A program made the translations under genes and the position numbers. A stretch of 64,000 nt of DNA from Phyllobates terribilis (Eukaryota): the NCBI RefSeq assembly GCF_046119375.1, contig NW_027362769.1, positions 392,770,001 through 392,834,000 on the forward strand, given 5' to 3'. Each line of letters begins with the position of its first letter. The first letter of the stretch is position 1. Below the pieces are notes generated by a model. It was not told the origin of the DNA and made no database searches. It saw only the letters and a list, made by a program, of their open reading frames with translations. Below are positions 40,486 through 54,900 of the stretch, piece by piece.

Positions 40486-41482
40486 CAATCATCAACACAC
40501 GGACGATGGATCCTCGGGAATGATTACATCCTGTTCTTAGTTAAATTGTGAGCGAGCCCCCACATGAGTGGTCTCAGGGTTATATTCTGATGGAGACCCT
40601 CCAGGCTATTGGGACATCTATAAGAATGACCCCTTTATGTATCTTGGGAACGCTGTGATTGGTCGATGTCTGGCGGTGGTCGATTAGCAAATATTCTAAT
40701 TGATAGAAATGATGAGACCTTTAGTTCTTGCTTCTCCCAGTAATTCCTCTCGACATCCAACAAGCAGATCATGGTCCTGCTCCTTGTAATATGGAGACAG
40801 GTTCGTTTATACTGGTCATTGTCTGGGGTACCGAGGTTCCCCCTTCAGCCGCTGCTTTGGTGGTCATGGTCTTATCCGCCATTAGAGGTTGGGGAGCCGG
40901 ATCTGGAGGAAGATTTCCAGGAACAGTCGGGTGATGATGTTTCCATCTGCTCAGATCTTGTAGTGGCCATTTCTACAAACAGATCACTATGGGTGGTCTC
41001 CCCAAAGAGAGGGGATTTTTTTTATTCCTGTGAACGGACCGTCGCCTTCTTCACGTTGCCCCCCCTCAGCTGTAACCATGTAGGAAATTCAGATTTATAT
41101 AATATTTACTCTATTTGAGCTTTTGTGATAATTCCAAGCTCTGATGAGGCAGTAACGGGGGGCCGTCAGTCAGGACCTGCCCAGAAGCCCGATATCCATC
41201 CGCCAGGGCGAATTACGTCTGCTCGTTGTGCCCCGTCACATCTTACATCGCTCTCTTCTAGTAACATTCACTTTTGTAGCCAAAATATAGTGAGATTTAT
41301 TACATACAATAAAAAAAGTGCTGCTGTAGCACTACAACTCCCAGCATGCCCATAACTGCATTGCTACAGGTCAGGAACACCGCACACATAAGAGGTGGTT
41401 ATCTCAGAAGGTCGCTGTACAATATATACATCTTGTAGACCATAGCGCTGCCCCCCGCAGGCATCATCCATCACTGCAGTGA

Positions 41483-43963
41483 TCAGCCGTGCAGTTCGTC
41501 CACCCAGTGATTCTGCAGAAGAGGAGCAGAGATTATATCGGCCTCAGAGAACAGCAGTGAGATCTGTAACATCAGGTCTACTCCACCTGCGGCATCTCCT
41601 CTAGGTCGCCATAGCAACCCTTCTTATATCGGATCAGGTCTCCCCACAGGACAGAGTTCCCACAGCTGCAAGAAAGGAGCGACATAATGAGCTCGGCCTT
41701 CAGAGCAGAACTCCGAGCAGCACAAAACCCCCCGGGGGTTGGGAAGAGGCTGTAGTTATGTCCTCTGCTTTCTACAACTTGTCAGCTATGTCTCACAGCT
41801 GAGGGTTTGTTACAATGTATCAGTCTGTGGCAGCCAGATTGGAACATTTAGATGGACTATGACTGTAACAAACCCTCAGCTGTGAGAGGAAAGAAGGGAG
41901 GTGGCACATAGCGTAGGAGAGCGAGGACGTGTGACAGCGATGTACCCTGTGCTGGCAGAGGCACGGGCGCGGCTGACCGGGGGGGGAGCAGAGGCACGGG
42001 CGCGGCTGACCGGGCGGGAGAAGAGGCACGGGCGCGGCTGACCGGGGGGAGCAGAGGCACGGGCGCGGCTGACCGGGGGGAGCAGAGGCACGGGCGCGGC
42101 TGACTGGGGGGAGCAGAGGCACGGGCGCGGCTGACTGGGGGGGAGCAGAGGCACGGGCGCGGCTGACCGGGGGGAGCAGAGGCACGGGCGCGGCTGACTG
42201 GGGGGAGCAGAGGCACGGGCGCGGCTGACTGGGGGGGAGCAGAGGCACGGGCGCGGCTGACCGGGGGGAGCAGAGGCACGGGCGCGGCTGACTGGGGGGG
42301 GAGAGGACCGTTTACCTGGGGCACAGACCCTCTACAGGGATCACATGTTCCGGCTCGCTTTGGAGGAAGACTTTGGCCAGGCATAAGACATGAGCAGCCA
42401 TGGAGCAGCCGGGGTGCAGGCAGCGCAGGATGTCGTCCGGACTCTGCGGGAGGAAGAAGAAAAGATGTCACACAGGAAGATCACAACTTCTAGGTCAATG
42501 ATCCCCAACAGCCTGAGCCCTCCACCCCACCGTGCCCATCTGTAGCGTGTGAGGTTTATACTGCGCCCATGAGTGTACAGCCGGGCGCCCCGTGCTGCAT
42601 GTATGTGAGTATTACCCCGTATTGCGTCCCTCGCTGTACATCCGGGTACCCCCTGCAGCATGTATGTGAGCACTCCCCTGTGCTGCGTCCTTCACCGTAC
42701 TCCCGCGCACCCACCTGCAGTTTGTCGTAGCAGACCCTGCACCGCTTGCTGACGCCCAATTCCTCTCCTTCGCCTTTTCCCTCTTGTGTCTTGGCAATGG
42801 CCTTGGCCCTCACTTGTCCGTACGCCAGCGGCATGTGCAGCGGAGGCTGGAGGAGGGGAGGCAGCTCCCGGTGGTATTCCTGTCGGAGCCAGCGCAGGGT
42901 GAGGGGTAAGCGCTTCCAAGGTGCCACGCGCAGCATGTGGTAGAGGACCAGGAGGTGGAAGTCGAAGCTGGACTGTTTCTTTGTCCTACGTGGCACGTGG
43001 GTGAGCCGGCGAGAGACGTGCGGGTGCTGCCAGGCCCACTCAAACTGAGGAGAGAAATGAAGGCCCAGTCACATCCAGAGCTGAATTACATCCAGAGCCT
43101 AACTCTCATACACCAAGCACCTCCAGAGCTGCGCCCAGAATTCCTGTACTTCAATCACTCCCAAAGCTGCACTCTAATTCCTATACGCTATGGTTCTCAC
43201 CCGTAAGGCTGCGATGTCGTTAGGGAATCCGTGAACAATCAGCACCATGTCCCTGTATGAGGGAAGGAAAGTCACACTGACATTGGAAAGTAGACGTCAC
43301 CCGTGTCAGGAGCCGGGGCCCCGACTGGTCACTGCTACGAGGGGCCCGAGCGCTCGCTTCCCCCTCCGCACTGGATGTGAGCGGTAAATAATGAACAGTC
43401 CTGGAATTTCCCAATAAAGTTTTATTTTATTCTGATTTTCGCTCTCTGTTGCTGTCAGTGAATAGGACTGATCACCTGCCGCCCCGATGCTTCTCACAGC
43501 TGGAGGTTTGTTACAGAGCATCCTGTGCACACAACGCTCTGTGAGCGAAACACTCCGCACTGCAGAACCAAACTATCATGATGGGGATTTCTGTGCTTCG
43601 CTCACACAGGATTGTCTGGATGATACTGTAACAACATCTCAGCTGTGTGAAATTTGCAGGCTCAATATGTAACCAAAGGTGCAAACCTTCACTGACAGCA
43701 AGCAGAGGCGCTGAACATCATGAGGGATGGGGAGAAAGTGTATGAAGAAGAGCAATAGGAGGACACAACATGGACACCGGGGCTGGTTACCAGGGGCCCC
43801 TCCCACTTGTCTTCCAGGCTCCGCCTTTCTGTTTGCCTCCATTGTGCTGCTGGATCCTTCTCTCCGGATTCACTGTGAAGCCGATGTAGATCCGTCCTTT
43901 ATACTTCGGGTTGGTGCAGAACAGGAGATAAACCCCGAAAAATCCCTCCACCTCCACGACCAT
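41483..43963 (-). CDS. SLX1: Structure-specific endonuclease subunit SLX1 (GIY-YIG plus RING-like), 263 aa, 6 coding exons
   Basis: Exons 43963-43791, 43252-43201, 43044-42715, 42443-42316, 41665-41587, 41512-41483 total 792 nt. Reads [43 protein letters not shown]...[28 protein letters not shown]...LRCLHPGC...LWGDLIR...[10 protein letters not shown] non-coding exon 1 probably lies near 45510-45600. Confidence 0.95.
41791..41887. mobile_element. 97-bp MITE-like element with perfect 24-bp terminal inverted repeats
   Basis: TCTCACAGCTGAGGGTTTGTTACA (41791-41814) and TGTAACAAACCCTCAGCTGTGAGA (41864-41887). Confidence 0.7.
41953..42300. repeat. ~31-bp GC-rich minisatellite in an SLX1 intron (~11 copies)
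   Basis: Unit AGCAGAGGCACGGGCGCGGCTGAC(C/T)GGGGGG. Confidence 0.92.
43492..43652. mobile_element. Second, diverged copy of the CTCACAGCTG..GTTACA hairpin element
   Basis: CTCACAGCTGGAGGTTTGTTACAG (~43493) and CTGTAACAACATCTCAGCTGTGTGA (~43626): ends resemble 41791-41887 but the interior differs. Confidence 0.55.
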
Positions 43964-44015
43964 CCTGCCTGCGGTAGACAGAAAAGAGGCAGATCAGCAA
44001 CTCCCCCGTATACGG

Positions 44016-44462
44016 TATCATAGAATCATAGAATGGTAGAGTTGGAAGGGACCTCCTGGGTCATCTGGTCCAACCCCCTGCTCAAAGCAGGATTCACTAG
44101 ATCATCTCAGACAGATGTCTGTCCAGCCTCTGTTTGAAGACGTCCATTGAAGGGGAACTCACCACCTCTCGTGGCAGCCTGTTCCACTCATTAATCACCC
44201 TAACTGTCAAAAAGTTTTTTCTAATATCTAATCTGTGTCTTCTCCCATTTAGTTTCATCCCATTGCTTCTAGTCTTTCCTTGTGCAAATGAGAATAAAGA
44301 TGATCCTTCTACAATGTGACAGCCCTTGACATATTTGTAGACAGCTATTAAGTCTCCTCTCAGTCTTCTTTTTTGCAAGCTAAACATTCCCAAATCCTGC
44401 AACCGTTCCTCATAGGACATGGTTTGCAGACCAGTCACCATTCTGGTCGCTCTTCTCTGGTA
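44016..44462 (-). mobile_element. 5'-truncated CR1-clade LINE 3' end in SLX1 intron 1
   Basis: ORF reads YEERLQDLGMFSLQKRRLRGDLIAVYKYVKG...FLTVRVINEWNRLP..VV, typical of CR1 ORF2 ends. The terminus shows the CR1 8-bp repeat (ATCATAGA)n on the plus strand at ~44017-44035. Confidence 0.92.
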
Positions 44463-44619
44463 TATACAACAGCACAGCGGTATAAGTGTATATATCTGTA
44501 TACTGCACAGTGAGGGGAATGTCTGAAACATGGGAGATGATGGAGGAAATACCAGAAACTAATACTGCGGAGAAAGAAGAGAAAACCGATAAAATACAAA
44601 GCAACTGAACACGAGACAG

Positions 44620-45340
44620 AAATCCTATCAGTATCCCGTGACTGCCCGTCACCTCCATCATCAGTATCTGGTGACTGCCCGTCACCTCCATCATCAGTAT
44701 CTGGTGACTGCCCGTCACCTCCATCATCAGTATCTGGTGACCGCCCGTCTCCTCCATAGTCAGTAGATGGTCACCGCCAGTCTCCTCCATCGTCAGTAGA
44801 TGGTCACCGCCCGTCTCCTCCATAGTCAGTAGATGGTCACCGCCCGTCTCCTCCATCGTCAGTATCTGAGGACCGCCCGTCTCCTCCATAGTCAGTAGAT
44901 GGTCACCGCCCGTCTCCTCCATCGTCAGTAGATGGTCACCGCCCGTCTCCTCCATCGTCAGTAGATGGTCACCGCCCGTCTCCTCCATCGTCAGTAGATG
45001 GTCACCGCCCGTCTCCTCCATCGTCAGTAGATGGTCACCGCCCGTCTCCTCCATCGTCAGTAGATGGTCACCGCCCGTCTCCTCCATCGTCAGTAGATGG
45101 TCACTGCCCGTCTCCTCCATCGTCAGTATCTGGTGACCGCCCGTCACCTCCATCATCAGTATCTGGTGACCGCCCGTGGCCTCCATCATCAGTATCTGGT
45201 GACCGCCCGTCACCTCCATCATCAGTATCTGGTGACCGCCCGTCACCTCCATCATCAGTATCTGGTGACCGCCCGTCGCCTCCATCATCAGTATCTGGTG
45301 ACCGCCCGTCACCTCCATCATCAGTATCTGGTGACCGCCC
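44620..45340 (-). repeat. 33-bp minisatellite, copy B (inverted relative to copy A)
   Basis: Plus strand TGGTGACCGCCCGTCACCTCCATCATCAGTATC is the reverse complement of the 34343 unit. The central block uses a variant unit (CATCGTCAGTAGATGGTCACCGCCCGTCTCCTC). Confidence 0.95.
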
Positions 45341-45449
45341 GGAGTTGCCCCCTGCTCAGTATACATATATATATACACACGCACACACATCATCAGTTTG
45401 TGGTCCCTATATATATATAGACACTGCATGGCGTCGCTTCTCCCCTGTA

Positions 45450-45993
45450 CACGCACATACACACGGAGCGGTTCCGGCTCCCCGGGAAGGTCACAGCACA
45501 CAGCCCTTCTCACCGCCGCACAATCCTCCGCTCTCCTCCGCCGGTTCCTCACTTCCTGGTTACGGGTCCTCCGTGTGGCGCTTCCATGGTGACAGGTACG
45601 TCCGCACTGACGCCTGTATCAGTGTATGTCATTACACCGTTGTGAACCGCGCAGTAATAGACTAGACGCTGTAAGTGACATTCATTCCCTTTATCACAGT
45701 CAGATTATCTGTGAGAATTTTATCTAACACTGGTGAAAAGTTACTAATATAAAAAAAAAAAATTTTCAGGCAAAATTAGAGGCAACTCAATTTAGAAATG
45801 CTGGGGCCCAAATCGATAGAGTTTCTGATTGGCCGCTTTGTATTTAACTCCGCCTCTTTCTTCAGCTTACGCTGTCTGAATGGACGATACTCCTGTCCAT
45901 CATTGCTGCCTGGAGACCGTCTGACCAATCAGGAGAGTCGGAGTCCCGCGCAGTGCAATAGTTTGTACGCAGGCGCAGTGAGGTTGGGGGAAC
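45450..45993. promoter_or_regulatory. Bidirectional SLX1/BOLA2 promoter
   Basis: Head-to-head genes; CpG-rich; two oppositely oriented CCAAT boxes (CTGATTGGCC 45825-45834, GACCAATCAG 45923-45932); ETS-like CACTTCCTG (~45550). Confidence 0.7.
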
Positions 45994-48900
45994 ATGGCTG
46001 GAGACGACGGGATCAGTGCGGAGACCCTGAAGGAGAAACTGACTCGGGAGCTGCAGGCGGAACATGTGGTGAGGAGCTAGCCCGAATCACGTGACAGCAG
46101 GAGGGGGTCACATGGCTATGAGGACTACAAGTCCCAGCCTTTCCTGTCATGTTGTAATGGTCCCCCACACTGATGGGGGGGACTCCTTTTTTCAGACAGA
46201 CTTCTGGTTACAGCTGCGGCCACTGATCACCTCCCAGAGCGGAAACAGCAGATGATACTGTGACTGCTGGGCCTAGTAGTCCTCCAGGGGTTTATTGATG
46301 TGTAAAGTATTTAGTCCTCAGTTGTTGATAACTTTTCATGGCTGAAAACATGGTAACAAATTGTAGCTTTCCAGACTCCTCAGCTCTCTCCATCTACCTG
46401 CTGCCACCACAGTCATCACTGATCACTGACAGCATCTCTGTCCTCCAGGAAGTAGAAGACACCTCCCCCAATCATTGCTCCACCAGCTTCCGGGCGCTAG
46501 TGGTGTCTCCGCAGTTTGAAGGAAAAGCGCTGCTCCAGAGGCACAGGTGAGAACCGACTACATCCTGTATTATACTCCAGAGCTGCACTCACTATTCTGC
46601 TGGTGCAGTCACTGTGTACATACATTACATTACTGATCCTGAGTTACATCCTGTATTATACTCCAGAGCTGCACTCACTATTCTGCTGGTGCAGTCACTG
46701 TGTACATACATTACATTACTGATCCTGAGTTACATTCTGTATTATACTCCAGAGCTGCACTCACTATTCTGCTGGTGCAGTCACTGTGTATATACATTAC
46801 ATTACTGATCCTGAGTTACATCCTGTATTATACTCCAGAGCTGCACTCACTATTCTGCTGGTGCAGTCACTGTGTACATACATTACATTACTGATCCTGA
46901 GTTACATCCTGTATTATACTCCAGAGCTGCACTCACTATTCTGCTGGTGCAGTCACTGTGTACTTACATTACATTACTGATCCTGAGTTACATCCTGTAT
47001 TATACTCCAGAGCTGCACTCACTATTCTGCTGGTGCAGTCTCTGTGTATATACATTACATTACTGATCCTGAGTTACATCCTGTATTACTCTCCAGAGCT
47101 GCACTCACTATTCTGCTGGTGCAGTCACTGTGTACATACATTACATTACTGATCCTGAGTTACATCCTGTATTACTCTCCAGAGCTGCACTCACTATTCT
47201 GCTTTTGCAGTCACTGTGTACTTACATTACATTACTGATCCTGAGTTACATCCTGTATTATACTCCAGAGCTGCACTCACTATTCTGCTGGTGCAGTTAC
47301 TGTGTACATACATTACATTACTGATCCTGAATTACCTCCTGTATTATACTCCAGAGCTGCACTCACTATTCTGCTTTTGCAGTCACTGTGTACTTACATT
47401 ACATTACTGATCCTGAGTTACATCCTGTATTACTCTCGAGAGCTGCACTCACTATTCTGCTGGTGCAGTCACTGTGTATATACATTACATTACTGATCCT
47501 GAGTTACATCCTGTATTACTCTCCAGAGCTGCACTCACTATTCTGCTTTTGCAGTCACTGTGTACTTACATTACATTACTGATCCTGAGTTACCTCCTGT
47601 ATTATACTCCAGAGCTGCACTCACTATTCTGCTTTTGCAGTCACTGTGTACTTACATTACATTACTGATCCTGAGTTACCTCCTGTATTATACTCCAGAG
47701 CTGCACTCACTATTCTGCTGGTGCAGTCACTGTGTACATACATTACATTACTGATCCTGAGTTACATCCTGTATTATACTCCAGAGCTGCACTCACTATT
47801 CTGCTGGTGCAGTCACTGTGTACATACATTACATTACTGATCCTGAGATATATCCTGTATTATACCCCAGAGCTGCACTCACTATTCTGCTGGTGCAGTC
47901 ACTGTGTACATACATTACATTACTGATCCTGAGTTACATCCTGTATTATACTCCAGAGCTGCACTCACTATTCTGCTGGTGCAGTCACTGTGTACATACA
48001 TTACATTACTGATCCTGAGTTACATCCTGTATTATACCCCAGAGCTGCACTCACTATTCTGCTGGTGCAGTCACTGTGTACATACATTACATTACTGATC
48101 CTGAGTTACATCCTGTATTACTCTCCAGAGCTGCACTCACTATTCTGCTGGTGCAGTCTCTGTGTATATACATTACATTACTGATCCTGAGTTACATCTT
48201 GTATTATACTCCAGAGCTGCACTCACTATTCTGCTGGTGCAGTCACTGTGTACATACATTACATTACTGATCCTGAGTTACATCCTGTATTACTCTCCAG
48301 AGCTGCACTCACTATTCTGCTTTTGCAGTCACTGTGTACATACATTACATTACTGATCCTGAGTTACATCCTGTATTATACTCCAGAGCTGCACTCACTA
48401 TTCTGCTGGTGCAGTCTCTGTGTATATACATTACATTACTGATCCTGAGTTACATCCTGTATTACTCTCCAGAGCTGCACTCACTATTCTGCTGGTGCAG
48501 TCACTGTGTACATACATTACATTACTGATCCTGAGTTACATCCTGTATTACTCTCCAGAGCTGCACTCACTATTCTGCTTTTGCAGTCACTGTGTACTTA
48601 CATTACATTACTGATCCTGAATTACCTCCTGTATTATACTCCAGAGCTGCACTCACTATTCTGCTTTTGCAGTCACTGTGTACTTACATTACATTACTGA
48701 TCCTGAGTTACATCCTGTATTACTCTCGAGAGCTGCACTCACTATTCTGCTGGTGCAGTCACTGTGTATATACATTACATTACTGATCCTGAGTTACATC
48801 CTGTATTACTCTACAGAGCTGCACTCACTATTCTGCTTTTGCAGTCACTGTGTACTTACATTACATTACTGATCCTGAGTTACCTCCTGTATTATACTCC

Positions 48901-51900
48901 AGAGCTGCACTCACTATTCTGCTTTTGCAGTCACTGTGTACTTACATTACATTACTGATCCTGAGTTACCTCCTGTATTATACTCCAGAGCTGCACTCAC
49001 TATTCTGCTGGTGCAGTCACTGTGTACATACATTACATTACTGATCCTGTGTTACATCCTGTATTATACTCCAGAGCTGCACTCACTATTCTGCTGGTGC
49101 AGTCACTGTGTACTTACATTACATTACTGATCCTGAGTTACATCCTGTATTATACCCCAGAGCTGCACTCACTATTCTGCTGGTGCAGTCACTGTGTACA
49201 TACATTACATTACTGATCCTGAGTTACATCCTGTATTACTCTCCAGAGCTGCACTCACTATTCTGCTGGTGCAGTCTCTGTGTATATACATTACATTACT
49301 GATCCTGAGTTACATCTTGTATTATACTCCAGAGCTGCACTCACTATTCTGCTGGTGCAGTCACTGTGTACATACATTACATTACTGATCCTGAGTTACA
49401 TCCTGTATTACTCTCCAGAGCTGCACTCACTATTCTGCTTTTGCAGTCACTGTGTACTTACATTACATTACTGATCCTGAGTTACCTCCTGTATTATACT
49501 CCAGAGCTGCACTCACTATTCTGCTGGTGCAGTCACTGTGTACATACATTACATTACTGATCCTGAGTTACATCCTGTATTACTCTCCAGAGCTGCACTC
49601 ACTATTCTGCTGGTGCAGTCACTGTGTACGTACATTACATTACTGATCCTGAGTTACCTCCTGTATTATACTCCAGAGCTTCACTCACTATTCTGCTGGT
49701 GCAGTCACTGTGTACATACATTACATTACTGATCCTGAGTTACATCCTGTATTACTCTCCAGAGCTGCACTCACTATTCTGCTTTTGCAGTCACTGTGTA
49801 CATACATTACATTACTGATCCTGAGTTACATCCTGTATTATACTCCAGAGCTGCACTCACTATTCTGCTGGTGCAGTCACTGTGTACATACATTACATTA
49901 CATTACTGATCCTGAGTTACCTCCTGTATTATACTCCAGAGCTGCACTCACTATTCTGCTGGTGCAGTCACTGTGTACATACATTACATTACTGATCCTG
50001 AGTTACATCCTGTATTACTCTCCAGAGCTGCACTCACTATTCTGCTTTTGCAGTCACTGTGTACATACATTACATTACTGATCCTGAGTTACATCCTGTA
50101 TTACTCTCCAGAGCTGCACTCACTATTCTGCTGGTGCAGTCACTGTGTACTTAAATTACATTACTGATCCTGAGTTACATCCTGTATTATACTCCAGAGC
50201 TGCACTCACTATTCTGCTGGTGCAGTCACTGTGTACATACATTACATTACTGATCCTGAGTTACATCCTGTATTACTCTCCAGAGCTGCACTCACTATTC
50301 TGCTGGTGCAGTCTCTGTGTATATACATTACATTACTGATCCTGAGTTACATCCTGTATTACTCTCCAGAGCTGCACTCACTATTCTGCTGGTGCAGTCA
50401 CTGTGTATATACATTACATTACTGATCCTGAGTTACATCCTGTATTACTCTCCAGAGCTGCACTCACTATTCTGCTTTTCCAGTCACTGTGTACTTACAT
50501 TACATTACTGATCCTGAGTTACCTCCTGTATTATACTCCAGAGCTGCACTCACTATTCTGCTTTTGCAGTCACTGTGTACTTACATTACATTACTGATCC
50601 TGAGTTACCTCCTGTATTATACTCCAGAGCTGCACTCACTATTCTGCTGGTGCAGTCACTGTGTACATACATTACATTACTGATCCTGAGTTACATCCTG
50701 TATTATACTCCAGAGCTGCACTCACTATTCTGCTGGTGCAGTCACTGTGCACTTACATTACATTACTGATCCTGAGTTACATCCTGTATTATACTCCAGA
50801 GCTGCATTCACTATTCTGCTGGTGCAGTCTCTGTGTATATACATTACATTACTGATCCTGAGTTACATCTTGTATTATACTCCAGAGCTGCACTCACTAT
50901 TCTGCTGGTGCAGTCTCGGTGTATATACATTACATTACTGATCCTGAGTTACATCTTGTATTATACTCCAGAGCTGCACTCACTATTCTGCTGGTGCAGT
51001 CACTGTGTACATACATTACATTACTGATCCTGAGTTACATCCTGTATTACTCTCCAGAGCTGCACTCACTATTCTGCTGGTGCAGTCACTGTGTACATAC
51101 ATTACATTACTGATCCTGAGTTACCTCCTGTATTATACTCCAGAGCTGCACTCACTATTCTGCTGGTGCAGTCACTGTGTACATACATTACATTACTGAT
51201 CCTGAGCTCCATCCTGTATTATACTCCAGAGCTGCACTCACTATCCTGCTGGTGCAGTCACTGTGTACATACATTACATTACTGATCCTGAGCTCCATCC
51301 TGTATTATACTCCAGAGCTGCACTCACTATTCTGCTGGTGCAGTCACTGTGTACATACATTACTGATCCTGAGTTATATCTTGTATTATACTCCAGAGCT
51401 GCACTCACTATTCTGCTGGTGCAGTGACTGTGTACATACATTACATTACTGATCCTGAGTTACATCCTGTATTATACTCCAGAGCTGCACTCACTATTCT
51501 GCTTTTGCAGTCACTGTGTACTTACATTACATTACTGATCCTGAGTTACCTCCTGTATTATACTCCAGAGCTGCACTCACTATTCTGCTGGTGCAGTCAC
51601 TGTGTACATACATTACATTACTGATCCTGAGTTACATCCTGTATTACTCTCCAGAGCTGCACTCACTATTCTGCTGGTGCAGTCACTGTGTACATTCATT
51701 ACATTACTGATCCTGAGTTACCTCCTGTATTATACTCCAGAGCTGCACTCACTATTCTGCTGGTGCAGTCACTGTGTACATTCATTACATTACTGATCCT
51801 GAGTTACCTCCTGTATTATACTCCAGAGCTGCACTCACTATTCTGCTGGTGCAGTCACTGTGTACATACATTACATTACTGATCCTGAGCTCCATCCTGT

Positions 51901-54900
51901 ATTATACTCCAGAGCTGCACTCACTATTCTGCTTTTGCAGTCACTGTGTACTTACATTACATTACTGATCCTGAGTTACCTCCTGTATTATACTCCAGAG
52001 CTGCACTCACTATTCTGCTGGTGCAGTCACTGTGTACTTACATTACATTACTGATCCTGAGTTACATCCTGTATTATACTCCAGAGCTGCACTCACTATT
52101 CTGCTGGTGCAGTCTCTGTGTACATACATTACATTACTGATCCTGAGTTACATCCTGTATTATACCCCAGAGCTGCACTCACTATTCTGCTGGTGCAGTC
52201 ACTGTGTACATACATTACATTACTGATCCTGAGTTACATCCTGTATTATACTCCAGAGCTGCACTCACTATTCTGCTGGTGCAGTCACTGTGTACATACA
52301 TTACATTACTGATCCTGAGCTCCATCCTGTATTATACTCCAGAGCTGCACTCACTATTCTGCTGGTGCAGTCACTGTGTACATACATTACATTACTGATC
52401 CTGAGTTACATCCTGTATTACTCTCCAGAGCTGCACTCACTATTCTGCTGGTGCAGTCACTGTGTACATACATTACATTACTGATCCTGAGTTACCTCCT
52501 GTATTATACTCCAGAGCTGCACTCACTATTCTGCTGGTGCAGTCACTGTGTACTTACATTACATTACTGATCCTGAGCTCCATCCTGTATTATACCCCAG
52601 AGCTGCACTCACTATTCTGCTGGTGCAGTCACTGTGTACATACATTACATTACTGATCCTGAGCTCCATCCTGTATTATACTCCAGAGCTGCACTCACTA
52701 TTCTGCTGGTGCAGTCACTGTGTACATACATTACATTACTGATCCTGAGTTACCTCCTGTATTATACTCCAGAGCTGCACTCACTATTCTGCTGGTGCAG
52801 TCACTGTGTACATTCATTACATTACTGATCCTGAGTTACATCCTGTATTATACTCCAGAGCTGCACTCACTATTCTGCTTTTGCAGTCACTGTGTACATA
52901 CATTACATTACTGATCCTGAGCTCCATCCTGTATTATACTCCAGAGCTGCACTCACTATTCTGCTGGTGCAGTCACTGTGTACATACATTACATTACTGA
53001 TCCTGAGTTACCTCCTGTATTATACTCCAGAGCTGCACTCACTATTCTGCTGGTGCAGTCACTGTGTACTTGCATTACATTACTGATCCTGAGTTACATC
53101 CTGTATTATACTCCAGAGCTGCACTCACTATTCTGCTGGTGCAGTCTCTGTGTATATACATTACATTACTAATCCTGAGTTACCTCCTGTATTATACTCC
53201 AGAGCTGCACTCACTATTCTGCTGGTGCAGTCACTGTGTACATACATTACATTACTGATCCTGAGTTACATCCTGTATTATACCCCAGAGCTGCACTCAC
53301 TATTCTGCTGGTGCAGTCACTGTGTACATACATTACATTACTGATCCTGAGTTACATCCTGTATTATACTCCAGAGCTGCACTCACTATTCTGCTGGTGC
53401 AGTCACTGTGTACATACATTACATTACTGATCCTGAGTTACATCCTGTATTATACTACAGAGCTGCACTCACTATTCTGCTTTTGCAGTCACTGTGTACA
53501 TACATTACTGATCCTGTATTATACTCCAGAGCTGCACTCACTATTCTGCTGGTGCAGTCACTGTGTACATACATTACATTACTGATCCTGAGCTCCATCC
53601 TGTATTATACTACAGAGCTGCACTCACTATTCTGCTTTTGCAGTCACTGTGTACATACATTACATTACTGATCCTGAGTTACATCCTGTATTATACCCCA
53701 GAGCTGCACTCACTATTCTGCTGGTGCAGTCACTGTGTACATACATTACATTACTGATCCTGAGTTACCTCCTGTATTATACTCCAGAGCTGCACTCACT
53801 ATTCTGCTGGTGCAGTCACTGTGTACATACATTACATTACTGATCCTGAGTTACCTCCTGTATTATACTCCAGAGCTGCACTCACTATTCTGCTGGTGCA
53901 GTCACTGTGTACATACATTACATTACTGATCCTGAGTTACCTCCTGTATTACTCTCCAGAGCTGCACTCACTATTCTGCTGGTGCAGTCACTGTGTACAT
54001 ACATTACATTACTGATCCTGAGTTACATCCTGTATTATACTCCAGAGCTGCACTCACTATTCTGCTTTTGCAGTCACTGTGTACATTCATTACATTACTG
54101 ATCCTGAGTTACATCCTGTATTATACTCCAGAGCTGCACTCACTATTCTGCTTTTGCAGTCACTGTGTACATACATTACATTACTGATCCTGAGCTCCAT
54201 CCTGTATTATACTCCAGAGCTGCACTCACTATTCTGCTGGTGCAGTCACTGTGTACATACATTACATTACTGATCCTGAGCTCCATCCTGTATTATACTC
54301 CAGAGCTGCACTCACTATTCTGCTTTTGCAGTCACTGTGTACTTACATTACATTACTGATCCTGAGTTACCTCCTGTATTATACTCCAGAGCTGCACTCA
54401 CTATTCTGCTGGTGCAGTCACTGTGTACTTGCATTACATTACTGATCCTGAGTTACATCCTGTATTATACTCCAGAGCTGCACTCACTATTCTGCTGGTG
54501 CAGTCTCTGTGTATATACATTACATTACTAATCCTGAGTTACCTCCTGTATTATACTCCAGAGCTGCACTCACTATTCTGCTGGTGCAGTCACTGTGTAC
54601 ACACATTACATTACTGATCCTGAGTTACATCCTGTATTATACCCCAGAGCTGCACTCACTATTCTGCTGGTGCAGTCACAGTGTACATACATTACATTAC
54701 TGATCCTGAGTTACATTCTGTATTATACTCCAGAGCTGCACTCACTATTCTGCTGGTGCAGTCACTGTGTACGTACATTACATTACTGATCCTGAGTTAC
54801 ATCCTGTATTATACCCCAGAGCTGCACTCACTATTCTGCTGGTGCAGTCACTGTGTACATACATTACATTACTGATCCTGAGTTACATCCTGTATTATAC

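Noticed and set aside
40380-41470. Possible SULT1A exons or remnant between SGF29 and SLX1
   Set aside because: No PAPS-binding (YPKSGT, RKG..GDWK) or other sulfotransferase motifs visible in any frame by eye.
42556-42996. KRCRVC motif as a piggyBac transposase cysteine-rich domain
   Set aside because: It is the start of the SLX1 RING-like domain, spliced in frame with the GIY-YIG exons.
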